DNA of 64,000 nt from Camelus ferus (taxonomy: Eukaryota). Under the pieces are notes generated by a model, which was not told where the DNA came from, did no database searches, and worked only from the letters and a program-made list of their open reading frames with translations. Where the stretch lies: NCBI RefSeq assembly GCF_009834535.1, contig NC_045696.1:114392001-114456000 (forward strand). Reading direction: 5' to 3'. The position numbers and the translations under genes were made by a program. Shown in pieces: positions 1-12,369 of the stretch; position 1 is the stretch's first letter; each line of letters opens with the position of its first letter.

Positions 1-1921
1 ACTGGTAGCCGAAAATGCCAGACCGATGCTGTAGCCTTTCGTAAAAGCAATTGGATTGCAGTGTAAATGCAAAACCTACACATAGTGCTTAAATTAATCA
101 AATCAAGGAGTACTGAAACTTAGTAATTACGGTCCTGAAGTGCCTCTGCAACTTTCTTGTAAGGGACCCACTTCTGAAAGTGACATTTCTCCTGAAAATG
201 TGGGTGTTACAGCTCAAGTGGATACCAATGATTTTATCTTATACAAAAATTCAAGGCAGTAGCTCCACGCAGACACAGACTCAAAGTTTGAAGGCAACTA
301 TTTCCTTTTGCTGTGTACCTCAGAATCAAGATACGTATTTCCCAGGCAATTTAAAAAATTATGCTTCTTCCTAATTAATTATATTTTGGAAGTGAAGTCA
401 CTGATTTAAAATTTCAGTGCAGACATAGTTTTAACACTTTATTTTCAAAGAGAATTTTAGGTAGCAGACATAATTCTTGGATGGATTATCAAGGAAATAG
501 TCACGCAATAGAATCTTCCGATATAGTAAAATTATTAGCATGTATAAAGGTTTGTAGATCACAGAGACAGGGTTCTGAACCAGGGTGATCTTTTTTCTCC
601 CTAAAGGAAGATGAGCTGTAGCTTGCCAGTTTTGATTGATATCTATGAATGAGTAACATTTGAAAAATAGTTGTATTTCATAAAGGCTTATTTTTTCCTG
701 AAATACAGTGAATAAAGAGATGTGAAATATGATTTTGGTAATCTGACTTGCAGAAAATGTAATATGAATGATAGTGAAATAGTGTTTTATTTTCACTGTT
801 TTTCACAAATCTACTCAGACATCGACTCTAACTTGTCTATAATCTTTCAAATAGGAGGTCTGAGGAGACTGGCTGAAAAAATCCAACGTCTGAAATGTCT
901 GGGGTGTTGAGCAACCAATGAGTCCCACAGCCAACCTGCTTTCTGAAACAATCTCGTGTAGTTAAGCAAGTCTCTAATTAGTCATTACAGATGCTTTTGA
1001 TGTCTTTGAACTCTCTTTCAGAGACACAGTTACAGCCCATTAATAATGTACCTGTAGATGGAAATATTTTGGATAGTTATCTGTGTCATGTGACGAGCTG
1101 GGGAAAGGGACAAACTGGTTTAAGAACTGATGCTGCGTTACCTCTCCAGCTGTGACTTGAAAGTTATCTCACACTTAATTACAGAAAAGAGAAGGGAAGT
1201 CATAGCACTCACCCGAGGTGGCTGCACAGGTTGCCGAAGGCCACAGAATCACCCCAGTGGGTATCTGCCCTGACATCCCTGCAGCGGGGAGCAGGGGGAT
1301 GAAGGAGATAATGTGTGTAAAGGGCTTTGATCTCTTTATATTATTGTTATGACTTTTCCTCTAACCTATGATTTTTTCCACATTATGCAAGCTTGCCAAT
1401 TACCCACCTGTGTCCTGTTCATGCCACCATGATTTTATTTCTCATTTTTAAAGTTTATGCCTCTAATTGAGAGACACTGATGTTTTCCCAGATTCATCCT
1501 GGCAGATTAATACCCAACAAGAGAGTCCTGCTGTCAATGGGCATTTGAATTATGTGTTTAAAATTGCCTTTGATGACAAGGATGCCAAATTACACACTTC
1601 GCTAAAACTGTTTTGTGCTTCTTTGCTAGCGATGTGATTGAAAACTGCAGATGTTTGATATCATCTTTTACTGCATCTGTTTGGTAAGTGAAATCTTAAA
1701 TACATTCTACCTCTTTGAAATTCATCTTCTGATGCCATTTAGAGAACATTAAAGGAAAATTAAAAAATAAAAGACTTAGTATCTCTGAAATTTAGCTTCC
1801 AGAAAAGTCAACTTTTCAAGTCAGAATCTGTTTTTCTGAGTAATTCTTAAGATTGCAGAGCCTTCTGATGGTGTAGCCAGAGCAGATGAGAGTTGAGCCT
1901 TAAGGGGCATGAGTGGGGAGC

Positions 1922-2208
1922 ATTTTCTTAAAAATTGAAGTATAGTCAGTTTACAATGTTGTGTCAATTTCTGGTGTGCAACATAGTGATTTAGTCATAC
2001 ATATACATACATATATTCCTTTTCAGATTCTTTTTCATTGTAGGTTACTACAAGGTATTGAATATAGTTCCCTGTGCTATACAGTAGAAACTTGTTGTTT
2101 ATCTATCTTATATATGTTAGTTAGTATCTGCAAATCTTGAACTCCCAATTTATCCCTTCCCACCCGGTAACCATAAGTCTGTTCTCTATGTCTGTGAGTC
2201 TGTTTCTG
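1922..2208 (-). mobile_element. LINE-1 3' UTR fragment (cetartiodactyl/camelid-type), 5'-truncated
   Basis: ttgaagtatagtcagtttacaatgttgtgtcaatttctggtgtgca...ggtaaccataag...tatgtctgtgagtctgtttctg; homologous to the L1 copies at 3650, 10284 and 62411. Confidence 0.9.
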
Positions 2209-2235
2209 GAAAACTCTGGATGTCTTGGGGGAGGG

Positions 2236-2345
2236 TTATTATCCCATCATATAAATGAGGAAATGGAGGCTGATAAATAGTACATGACTTATTATCCACA
2301 CTGTAAGTAGTGATGGTGCTTTGACTCAAGTTCTCAGATCTTCTG
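2236..2345 (-). mobile_element. MIR SINE fragment
   Basis: ttattatcccatcatataaatgaggaaatggaggc resembles the reverse complement of the MIR core. Confidence 0.7.
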
Positions 2346-2669
2346 CCCTAGAAACTGGGGCGTTCATCATCATAACATGTCTATTAGAGAGACCAATATT
2401 TAGCACTGTGTTCTGGCTCTCTCTGGCTGTGTCACCATCCTAAACCTTAGTGACTTAAAACAACAGCAGCAGTTTTGCCCATAATTCTGGCACTTGGGCA
2501 GAGTTAGCTTGGTGGAGATGGCCTGTTTCTGCTGCACTAGGCATCTGTTCGGCTACCGTCATCTAAAGGCTCGTTCAGTCACACGTCTGGTGGCGCTTCA
2601 GCTGGGGCTGCCACGTGGAACACCTGCACAGGGCCTCTCTGAGACTATGACTTCCGAGAGTCCGGTGGG

Positions 2670-2747
2670 ACACACACACAAACACACACACACATACACA
2701 CACACATACACACACACACAAACACACACAAACACACAGACACACAC
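2670..2747. repeat. Imperfect (CA)n microsatellite
   Basis: Visible directly in the sequence. Confidence 0.95.
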
Positions 2748-2902
2748 AGGGGATCTCTACCCTGAAGGAAGTTATACCGCCTTTTCTTTCTTGGAACTCA
2801 TACAGAGTCACGTGTATGATTTTTTTTAAAATTAAAACTGAGTCACTGTGATTGGGCCATGTTCAAGAAGAGAGGATTTAGACTCCACCTGTTGATGGGA
2901 GG

Positions 2903-3262
2903 TGTCATGGGCTGAAATTTTGTGTCTTCCCTGAATTCCTGTGTTGAGATCCTAACCCCTAATGCCATCGCATTTGGAGGTGGGGACTTCGTGGGGTGAT
3001 TAGGTCCTGAGGGTGGAGCCCTCATGAATGCAGCAGTGTTCTTACAGAAGAGACCCCAGAGAGCCCTCCCGCCCCTCTTCCACGTGCAGACGGCGACAAG
3101 AAGCCATCCATGACTCAGGAGCAGGCTCTCACCACACCCTAAATCTGCTGATGCTTCGAGCTTTGACTTCCCAGCCTTCAGGAACTGTGAGATATACATT
3201 TCTGTTGTTTATAAGCCCCTCAGTGTATGGCATTCTGTTATAGCAGTCCAAACAGACCAACA
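2903..3262 (+). mobile_element. MaLR LTR MLT1A/A0-like, near full length, nested in an older MLT1
   Basis: tgtcatgggctgaaa...gagggtggagccctcatgaatg...gacttcccagccttcaggaactgtgaga...gtatggcattctgttatagcagtccaaacagac; tgggag occurs on both flanks. Confidence 0.88.
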
Positions 3263-3499
3263 TGGGAGAAATATCAAAGAATCTGCAGACATATGTAAAA
3301 CCGCTATACACTGCCTAGTGACAGAGCGTTCCCTTAAGTTTGGTGAACAAGTGTAGTCAGTAGGCAGGTATCCACCCTGCTCTGCCCAACAGACCTGTAT
3401 CGTTTCTCACACTCAGTGCAACTCCTTTAGCCCCTGGGTCCCCTGGTGACATCTTAGAAGTAGCTATAGGGTCCCTGGGTGGGAATGCAGGCCAGTCTG

Positions 3500-3601
3500 A
3501 GGGTGCAGCATAAATTATCATTTTTAAATATTTAGACACACGATACACAGTCTCCATTTGTACTCTTGCCTCAGGCTCCACAAAAGCTACATGTGGTCCT
3601 G
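3500..3601 (-). mobile_element. Possible hAT-Tip100-type DNA transposon fragment
   Basis: Reverse complement reads caggaccacatgtagc...ggcaagagtacaaatggagac...tctaaatatttaaaa, resembling Tip100-type MITE ends. Confidence 0.4.
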
Positions 3602-3649
3602 TTGGGAAAAAAAAAATCAAAGAAGATTCAGATGGACCACTCATTTTTT

Positions 3650-4401
3650 TTTCATTTTTATAACATGATATTTTATTTATTTGTTTTCGATTAAAGTACA
3701 GTCAATTACAATGTGTCAATTTCTGGTGTACAGCACAATGTCCCAGTCATGTACATACATACATACATATATTCATTTTCATATTTTTTATTAAAAGTTA
3801 TTACAAGATATTGAACATAGTTCTTTGTGCTAGGCAAAACAAATTAAATTTTTTAAAATACATTTTTACATATAGTGGCTAACATTGGCAAATCTTAAAC
3901 TCCCAAATTTATCCCTTCCCACCCCCTTTCTCCTGGTAACCATAAGATTGTTTACTATGTCTGTGAGTCTGTTTCTGTTTTGTAGATGAGTTCACAGTGT
4001 CCTTTTTTTTCTCTTTTTTTTTTTTGAAATTCCACATATGAGTGACATCATATGGTATTTTTCTTTCTCTTTTTGGCTGACTTCACTTAGAATGATGATC
4101 TCTAGGTCCATCCATGTTGCTACAAATGGCATTAGTTTATTCTTTTTTATGACTGAGTAGTATTCCATTGTGTAAATATGCCACAACTTCTTTATTCAAT
4201 CATCTGTCGATGGACATTTATGTTGTTTTCATGTCATGGCTATTGTATACAGTGCTGCTATGAACATTGGGGTGCAGGTAGCTTTTCGAATTACAGTTCC
4301 CTCTGGATATATGCTCAGCAGTGGGATTGCTAGATCATATGGTGAGTCTATTTTTAGTTTTTGGAGACATCTCCATGCTGTATTCCATAGTGGCTGCACC
4401 A
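3650..4401 (-). mobile_element. LINE-1 3' end (ORF2 C-terminus + 3' UTR), 5'-truncated
   Basis: Minus-strand ORFs give L1 ORF2p C-terminal peptides MWHIYTMEYYSVIKKN...WMDLEIIILSEVSQKEK and VQPLW...PYDLAIPLLSIYP...CTPMFIAALYTIA. Confidence 0.95.
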
Positions 4402-4900
4402 TAGATTTCATTTTCTACTGGATAGAGTTGCATTGTAACAGGAATATGTGGGTTGGGAAATATTATCTAGACCATCTTTAGAAAACACAATTCACCGTCA
4501 TTATTATTGTCTAGTGACTTCTTGACACTGTTCTATACCTCAAGCAATATAAACCAACAGTTGAAGAAACATAGTGCTAAGCATATTTTTCTTAGGAAAT
4601 AAAACGGAAATTTTGTGTTGTGCCCAGGCCAACACCTAATGCTAAAGAGTAATCAACTCTGTGGAATTTTCTCACAAATGGAGTAATTTTAGGCTGTTGG
4701 TTGAAAGATGATACATATTCTGTTGACACCAGATGCAAAGGTGTCCTACTTCATATTCTGTTACTAATGAAGGAGTCTAATTTGAGTTATTGCTTGAAAA
4801 GAGGACCACCTTTTCCTGTGTGCCCTGGAAATGCATTTCAACATTGTATTCATCTGCAAAGAAGGAAATGCATTATATTCTGTGATTAAAGAAGTCGGAC

Positions 4901-5521
4901 TGTTACAGCAGGCAGGTAGCTAGATATGAGCAGAGAAAGGGGGACATGGGCCAAATGGCAGAAAACCATATATCTTGTGAACAACGAGGGTCCTTGGACA
5001 GACCGGAAAAAAAAAACAAGATCCTCTGGGCTGATTAAAAAAAAAAAACATACCTTCTGGGTTGACAAGTGTCCTGGAGGCAGAACGGTGGGACAAGACA
5101 GGAATCTCCACCATCTGAAGGTAACCTTTCAATCATTATGACCTCTGTCCAAATGTAACATTTTTCTTATGATACCCCCATCTGAATGTAACCTTTTGTT
5201 CATTATGACCTCATCCAACTTCTTGATCAAGACTAAATAAGGACAAAAAATCCCTCCTCTCAAACTGGAAAGGTGGAGCTTGGAAGAAGATTGGGAAAGA
5301 CAACCCCAAACCCCTCCCTGTCAATGAATATTCTGCCTGTTCATTTTTACACCCATATAACAAGCTTGCCAAGGAAACTCAGGGCAGTTACTCACCTGGG
5401 CTTGCCCACTCTTTCCTTGAGAGTGTATTATCTATCCCTTAATAAATCCTTGCTTTGCTTTCTTGACCTCCGTGTCTTGTTTCTGAATTCTTTCTGTGAC
5501 AAGAACCTCTTGCCCACAACA
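4901..5521 (+). mobile_element. ERV1-class solo LTR
   Basis: TGTTA...CAACA termini, TATA-like catataa 5354-5360, AATAAA 5441-5446, U5-like tctgaattctttctgtgacaagaacc, three internal gtaac..ttatga repeats at 5121-5213. Confidence 0.8.
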
Positions 5522-6431
5522 AAACTATCCATTTCTAAAGATGCCTGACATTCAAGAAACCTGCCAATTTTGACCCAAGAAATCTCTCTGTAGAGTTATT
5601 AGCTTTTCCAATGTTGATTCAAGATTCTGAGGACATACATTATTCAAGAACACTGAGTGCAAAGATATCTCTAAAGAGAAAAGTCTCTCTATGTTTTTGT
5701 GTCTTTCTATTTAATTCTCCCTTTTCCAAGATTGAGACAAGTGTTAGTGATTTTAAGGCAGTGAAGCATTCCCATGCCCCTACAATCCTTGTTACCAGTA
5801 AGTTGTTGATGACTGTGGACATCAGAGCTTTGTCCTTCACCATCATTTTTTTTAATTGAAGACTATTAGTAAGTAGTTGACAAGGAAACAAGAAAAGTAA
5901 ATACCCATGTGATGAAAATACCTCAAGATCAAAGAGATGAAAAACTGCTCTGTTGGGAAGAGTCACCGTATTTCAGAAAACCTTGTTCTTAGGTAGTACG
6001 CTTACATGAAAGGAGAGATGCCATTGGTGGCTCATTCGTGGTCCTCGAGGAGAGAGCTTCTAAATGTGAACTTAACAAAAAAGAAAATGCATGTGTGAAA
6101 AATAAATCCCTCGATAGAATCTGTTATAGCACATTTGTTCTCAAAAATAAATCCTGTGGGTGGCAAAATAACACAGTCTGTTCCAATAATATTCAAATAC
6201 AGAAAACTACGCAATGCACAAGTACATAGACATTGCATCAAGAGAACCTGGAAGAATAAAACACATGAAATTGGAATGTCCTCAGTAGTGCCAATAGGAG
6301 AGGAAGTGAAATTGGCATCGTTAAAGAGGAAGGAAAAGGAATTTTCACTCTCCTTCTGTAGAATTTGATTTTGGGGAGAAATATATTATTTGTGTTTTTA
6401 TTTTAAAATAACAAGAATGTCATTTGTATTG

Positions 6432-7752
6432 TGTATTGAGGTCAAACCTCTCCTCTGATGCAGCCCTTCCCCCGACACTGACAAGATACCTGACCAATCC
6501 AGGATGTCAGCTGCTGGTTGGGTTCCAGGTGGAATGTTGGTGTGTTCCCCGGGGCTTGTGTGGCTGGTGGATCCGTGGTAACTGGGCAGAGCCCTGTGCT
6601 GGGTCAGTGCCGTGCGGGGGCTGCCGTCCTCTGTGGAGCTTGGCTTAGGGCTCTTCTTTGGGAAGCTGAGTGAGGTCCTGGTGTTGCTGCTGCCCAGTGA
6701 TCTGAGCTCACGGTTCACTTTCCAGCACCTAGAAGGGCAGACAATGCCTGTCATCAGCTTATTGATCAGTGTCTTATGTACTTTCAGACTTGCTCAGTCT
6801 TGTAGAAGTCAGCTTTATGGGAGATGTGAGGAGAAGTTGGTAAAAACACTGGCTGCACTGATTGAAGAGAAATGCCAACTCATTGACGAGATTTGTACTG
6901 CTAAAAAGGAGAATGCTGGCATGGAGACATCTGTAGAGATGCCAGGCTCGACAGAGATTCATTCAGTGTACTTAGCCTCGCTGATACTGGCAGAAAAATG
7001 ATGAGGGTCAACGTGTGTTTGAGGAAGGAATTCAATTCTCTGGTCCAAGAACTGGTCCCAGATTCTTGCAGTCTAATGAAGAAGAGATGGCAGAGATGCT
7101 AAAAGTGCTCAAATTCCTGGAAGAGGTCATGAGAATCCACACGTCCCAAGGGACATTTTCAAACCATTTAGGGGACCAAGCACCAAGCCCTGTTTATCCT
7201 TTTCCCAGAGTTCGGCCTAGATATCAAGGACATGCTGTTCCCTCCCTCCACTCAGGAATCCATTTCAAAGGATCAACACCTGAGCTGCACTGAAGCCAGT
7301 GGCAGCAGGGCAAGCCCCTCCTTTAATCAGAGTTCCTCCAACTTCACATTCTGTGCCCAACAGTGAGCTCCTCCATGGTCAACTTCTCTCATCTAAAATA
7401 TACTGGAATTCTCAGATCACACCACGAAATGACTTTTCTCTGCATTCATCAAATACTTGGGTTATATCTTCTTAGTGGTGAAAGCAATGTGGTAAGTGAG
7501 GGGTATCTTTTACTTAGTTCGAATATTCATTAGACCTCATTTCTCAAGACAGTATTGGTAACTAATATAAATCAGTTATGGAAGTGAACTGTGAAAGTTG
7601 CTTTAGGCATGTATGGACACATTTTGTGGACCTTCTTTCCCCTTCAGTATAATCCTGGGCACAGGATATCTTGTTGGTGCAGAATTTGTAGGGTTAAATT
7701 CATTTTTCCAACATGTTTGTACCATTAAAAATTCTCATCATTGAAAAAAAAA
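6432..7752 (+). pseudogene. Processed retrocopy (pseudogene) of a short, diverged cTAGE5/MIA2-family gene
   Basis: Peptides LGLFFGKL..VL..LP, RSQLY..EEKL...LAALIEEKCQL, DARLDRD..SLADT..KMMRVN..L..EFNSLVQEL and EMAEMLKVLKFLEE...TSQ are colinear with the cTAGE5 N-terminus. Intronless; GCC-GTG at the start position (6612); frameshifts at ~6938 and ~7059; stop at 7291-7293; ATTAAA 7724-7729; A-tail 7744-7752; TSD aagaatgtcatttgtattg (6413-6431) / aagaatgttatgtgtattg (7751-7769). Confidence 0.88.
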
Positions 7753-7994
7753 GAATGTTATGTGTATTGCTACTTTTGTTTGTGTTGAAATCAAGATGTA
7801 TTTGTTACTAGGTAAAGATAGGTAAAGATGCTTATTGGTCATTTATTTCACAGGAGAACACAATAATATTTTAAAAGGGTAAAAGAATTATGTTTCTGAA
7901 TTTCTAAGCTGAGAACACAATAGAGAAACTATTGCGTCTCAGGCTGTCTCCTGCTCCAAACTCTTCACTTAAAATTCTAATGCATCATTTTCTT

Positions 7995-8528
7995 TTCTTG
8001 TGTAGCAACAACTCCCACTCCCTAAAAAATACCTAACAGCTTAAAACAACCATCATCTATTATTTTCATGGTTCTGTGAGTTGACGAGAGCATTCTGTTC
8101 CATACAGTATCAGCTGGGGTGACCCACATGGCTACGTTCAGCTGGCTCAGGGGCTGGGTTGGAAAGAAGGCCTGGAGACTTGGAGTTGATAGTTGGGTAT
8201 GGCCAACTTTTTTCTTTTCCATGTGGCCCCTTTTTCCTCATGATATCTCATCCTCCAGGGCCTTTCCAAGTGGCCCCTGCCTCCTGCAGGACGGCCTGGA
8301 CTTCCTTACAGTGTCGTCACTGGGTTCATGCTGAAGAGTAAAAGATGTCTGGGATCTTAGACTTGGAACTGGCTCATGGTCCCTGCAGTATTCCATTGGT
8401 CAAAACAAGTCATAGGGCCATTTATTTTCAAGGACTGGGGGAAATCAACCTCTTTGAGGAGAGGAGTGGCTTGTTTACACAGAAAGGGGAGGGACCACCA
8501 GTGACCATCTTCACAGACGTTTACCACA
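7995..8528 (-). mobile_element. Old MaLR LTR (MLT1I/J-like)
   Basis: cagcttaaaacaaccatc...atggttctgtgagttgac...cattccattggtcaaaacaagtcatagggcca...ttaccaca. Confidence 0.75.
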
Positions 8529-8599
8529 CCTACGTGTCATCACTGCCTTGCAGGGCTGATCGCTGTGATGAATGCTGTTGGGTGTACTTGTGGTACCCA

Positions 8600-9033
8600 A
8601 CTAGACTAGCTAGAGTAATGCTTGGTGTGGTAAGGAGCTCAGCACAAAATCACAAAGGCTTCTCACAATAAGTGTAAGTCTTGTTAACATAGCAGTCCTG
8701 GTGTTCCTGATCAAAACAGCTCTTGTTCAATGGGTAATTCGGAGATCCAGGCTCCTTGTGTCCTGTCACTTTTTCATCTTCCACTTGTAGTTTCCAGATT
8801 TGCTGTGCTTGTGGGCAGTGATATATGAGAACGTAAAGAGGATGGAGAATCACATGGGAGAAGTTTAATGGGCCAGAGGTGGAAACGGTGTCCTTCATTT
8901 CTACTCACATCTCCCTGGCCAGAACTCAGTCACATGGCCACACCCAGCCACACCAAGAGAAGTGTAGTCTGGTGGCTGTGCATCCAGAAAAAAAGGGAAG
9001 GGATTCAGTGATTAGCGAGCCTTCTCTGCCGCA
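8600..9033 (-). mobile_element. Old MaLR LTR (MLT1K-like)
   Basis: gatccaggctcctt...ctactcacatctccctggccagaactcagtcacatggccacacc...gagaagtgtagtct...tctctgccgca. Confidence 0.75.
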
Positions 9034-9455
9034 AACTGCTTCCCCAGCACAACCCTCAAAAAAGGAAAGAAAAAAAGAAATAACTTCCTTTTGAGAGGAG
9101 CCATATCTACCTCTGTACTTGTTTATTCAAACCCACCTTAGAAACTTACTATTTTATTGGAATTTAAAAAATAAACAGAACACTCCTTTTTTTTTTTTTT
9201 TTTTTTGAAGTGTTATGGGGTCAGGATGTCTGCAAGGCATCAGGGAGGTTAGTACAGTGGTATTGAACTTGAATGAAAGCTAATAAACAGAAACCAGAAT
9301 TTACCAAACATTAACTAGGTCATAATTATAAACCAAAAAAGAAGGGGAGAGGGAGAGAAAGATCCTCTTGCTTGTTTTATATATTTATCTCGTGACCTTA
9401 AAATGTGTTTATGAAAAATAGTTCTGCCCCAGTTTTGTTTTGTGTGAGGCACAGG

Positions 9456-9896
9456 TGTAGGTAGGTCACAGTTGTCTGAGTAGCAGTCACCAAAATAGGA
9501 TTAGACTTATTGAGAAAAATGCTCTTCAGGGAACATGCGGTGGGGAGACAGAAGAGATGGGAAGAACTCTGAGACCATGATGTAGGTCTGACCCTTCCGA
9601 TGGTGAGAGGGAAGGGAGAAAGGGAGGGTGGAAGGAGGAAGCAAGGTCTTAGACGGCAGTGCCATTTTAAGACAATTTCAGCAAGGCTGACGGGGAGCCC
9701 TCCAGCCCAAGTCCTCCCATCAGTGGACAACTGCATCTTACAGGAGTGGCTTCAGCCGCTGGCTGGGAGCAGTGGTGGGAAGTGTGCCCCGCCCCCCAGA
9801 CACAGTGAGGGATTTCAGGATGCAGCGGCTTGAGCCATTGCCAGTGATGCTCCTTCCAGGAGGAGGTCTGAGAGGTGTGTTTTCATGGTCGCCATA
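9456..9896 (-). mobile_element. ERVL LTR16-family LTR
   Basis: gagaccatgatgtaggtctgacc...cttagacggcagtgccattttaaga...ggggagccctccagcccaagt...ggctgggagcag...ggaggtctgagaggtgtgttttcatggtcgccata. Confidence 0.8.
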
Positions 9897-10152
9897 GTGT
9901 GCCTTTGTTCCTGTGGCATAATTACCAATTAGAGAGTGGTATAAAAATCACCATATAGCAGTTATTACAAAGGCCATTTATGTTCATTGACTCAGTATCT
10001 ATTCTACTGCCTGTACCAGAAAAGTAGTTTGAAGAATCCTAGTCGGGTGGGATTAAATTAGTTTTTGTCTTTGGCTTAGAAATATGCTTCCAGAGTATCA
10101 GTGCCATAGGGGAATGCCTGATGATCAATCACCTCACTTCAAACATAATAAC

Positions 10153-10246
10153 GGGATGGTGGGTGAGCTCAGTGGTAGAGCGTGTGCTTAGCATGCGTGG
10201 GTCTTGGGTTCAATCCCTAGTACCTCCAGTAAAAAAAGAAAAAAAC
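10153..10246 (+). mobile_element. tRNA-derived SINE (camelid Vic-1 type)
   Basis: A-box agctcagtggtagag, B-box ggttcaatccc, tagtacctcca followed by an A-rich tail. Confidence 0.88.
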
Positions 10247-10283
10247 TCAAAAACTCAAAGTAACAAGAAGCTAACACACTAAA

Positions 10284-10987
10284 TTTTATTTATTTTTTTA
10301 TTGAAGTATAGCTGATTTACAATGTTGTGTTAATTTCTGGTGTACAGCATAGTGATTCATTATATCCTTTTTATATTCTTTTTCATTATAGGCCATTACA
10401 ATGTATTGTAGGACCTTGTTTATTTTATACACGTGCACACACACACACACACACACACAGTAGTATCTGCAAATTCTGAACTCCCAGTTTATCCCTCCCC
10501 ACCTCCTTTCCCCTTTTAACCATAAGTTTGTTTTCTATGTCTTTGAATCTGCTTCTGTTTTGTAAATAAGTTCATTGTGTTATTTTTTTGAGATTCCACA
10601 TATAAGTGATATCCATATGGTATTTTTATTTCTCTTTCTGGTTTACTTCACTTAATATGATGACCTCCAGGTCCACCCATGTTGCTGCAAATGGCATTAT
10701 TTAATTCTTCTTTATGGCTGAGTAATATTCCATTATTAATCCATTATGTTGGCTCATATGGTAACTCAATTTTATTTATTTTTTTAAAAGAACATCCATA
10801 CTGTTTTCCCATAGTGGCTGCACCAAATTACATTCCCACCAATGGGTAGGAGGGTTCCCTTTTCTCCACACCCTCTCTAGCAATAATCATTTCTGGATTT
10901 TTTAATGATGGGCATTCTGACTGATGTGAGGTGATACCTCATTGTAGTTTTGATTTGCACTTCTCTGGTAATTAATGATATTAAGCA
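10284..10987 (-). mobile_element. LINE-1 3' end with internal (CA)n and an internal deletion
   Basis: ttttttattgaagtatag...gtgaggtgatacctcattgtagttttgatttgcac; degenerate TSD aacacact(tt)aaatt at 10273 and 10992. Confidence 0.92.
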
Positions 10988-12153
10988 GAAAAACACACTT
11001 TAAATTCATATCTCAGGAGGAATCAATGGCCCAATCTATTCTCTGTTAACTTTTTTCAACTCCATTCTCCTGCTAAATATGAGCAGCATTTGTTTCCCAG
11101 ACTAAATTTCAACTCTATCTCCTTTGGCCTTTCTTATATTTCTGCTGTTTGTGTTTTATCACAATAGGATGCTGGCAGTAACAAACATCCTCAAAGATAA
11201 ATAGTAGTTTCTCAACAGACTATTTTGTAGGATATGGAAGATTAAGCTAAATTTTGAGCAATGATTAGTTTTATGATAGCACATGTGAAAATGCTTTGTG
11301 ACGTTGGAATAATACTCAGTTTTCTCCTGAATTGTTTAGAACAGAGAGATTATTGAGATGGGAGAAATTAGAATGCTGTGCCCTTGAGTTGCAATCTTAT
11401 TCAATTTTATTCTAATTCATGTGATGCCAAAGAACTTGAAGTATAGGAAAATGTCTTGGTAAGTCAATTTTAAAAGGGATATTTCTTTTATTCCCCCCAT
11501 TAAATTTTTGGATGTATAGAATGAAGGATCATAATCCAGATTAACAGACAGCTTTCTGCAGTGATTTGGATCTTAAGCAAATACATAATTGATTACAGGG
11601 TAGACTTACAGGAAAGTTGCACCATAGACTCAATTGGCTATACTTGTGTGACTGAGCTGTCTTTCCAAATTTAATGTGCTGGTTCTGTCACCCCGTAATC
11701 TTTTATGTGGAAGAAAAGCACAGTGCATTTAGTAATTTTAGAGAATTTGAAGAAGATCAGTTTACCTGCTATTATTACTTACTTTCCAATACATCTTTGT
11801 GCTCACGATAGAGAGCATAAATGGATTTTGTAGGAACACACTTATTGGCAGTAGAGGGAAAATAGCCCCCTTAAAATTTCAAATGTAAAAGCTATGTGAA
11901 GACTAGAGTGTTCTGGTGTAGGCTGGGAAGAAACAGAGAACAGATCATCATTTCACCATAAAGGATACAAGATTCCACAAAGTACATGTGAAAGAAACTA
12001 ACATAGAATACAATAGTGCTAAAACATATTCATCTGATCATTCATTCACTCGTCTGGTATTTGCTATTCTAGGTGCTGGTCTTACAGCAGACAGAGATAA
12101 AGATATCAGGGAAGAAAAAAATCTTATTTCTCATATCCAGATGTTTGGGCTCA

Positions 12154-12289
12154 GAGGGAGGGTAGAGCTCAGTGGTAGAGCACATGCTTAGCATGCATGA
12201 GGTCATGGGTTTGATCCCTAGTACCTTAGTTAAATTAAAAACATAATAAGAATAAATAATAAAACTAATTACCTTCCCACACAAAAAAA
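12154..12289 (+). mobile_element. tRNA-derived SINE (Vic-1 type, long form)
   Basis: gggagggtagagctcagtggtagagcacatgcttagcatgcatgaggtc; TSD cagatgtttgggctca (12138-12153) / cagatgtttggactca (12290-12305). Confidence 0.93.
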
Positions 12290-12369
12290 CAGATGTTTGG
12301 ACTCATTGTAATATAAGCTTTAAGAACTGAATTCCCGAAGAATCAAGATGCTAATGATAGAAGTAGTAA

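Larger units (their letters stand above)
2408..3310 (-). mobile_element. Old MaLR LTR (MLT1H/J-like), interrupted by a (CA)n tract and a nested MLT1A
   Basis: cttagtgacttaaaacaac...; gactccacctgttgatggga is interrupted at 2903 and resumes at 3263 (gggagaaatatcaaagaatctgcagac...ctataca). Confidence 0.7.

Noticed and set aside
2494..2829. ORFs with HT/CV repeats
   Set aside because: Translation of a (CA)n microsatellite inside an MLT1 LTR
6612..7293. Two separate intact CDSs (129 aa and 92 aa)
   Set aside because: They are pieces of one frameshifted reading frame with a GTG in place of the start ATG; called a pseudogene instead
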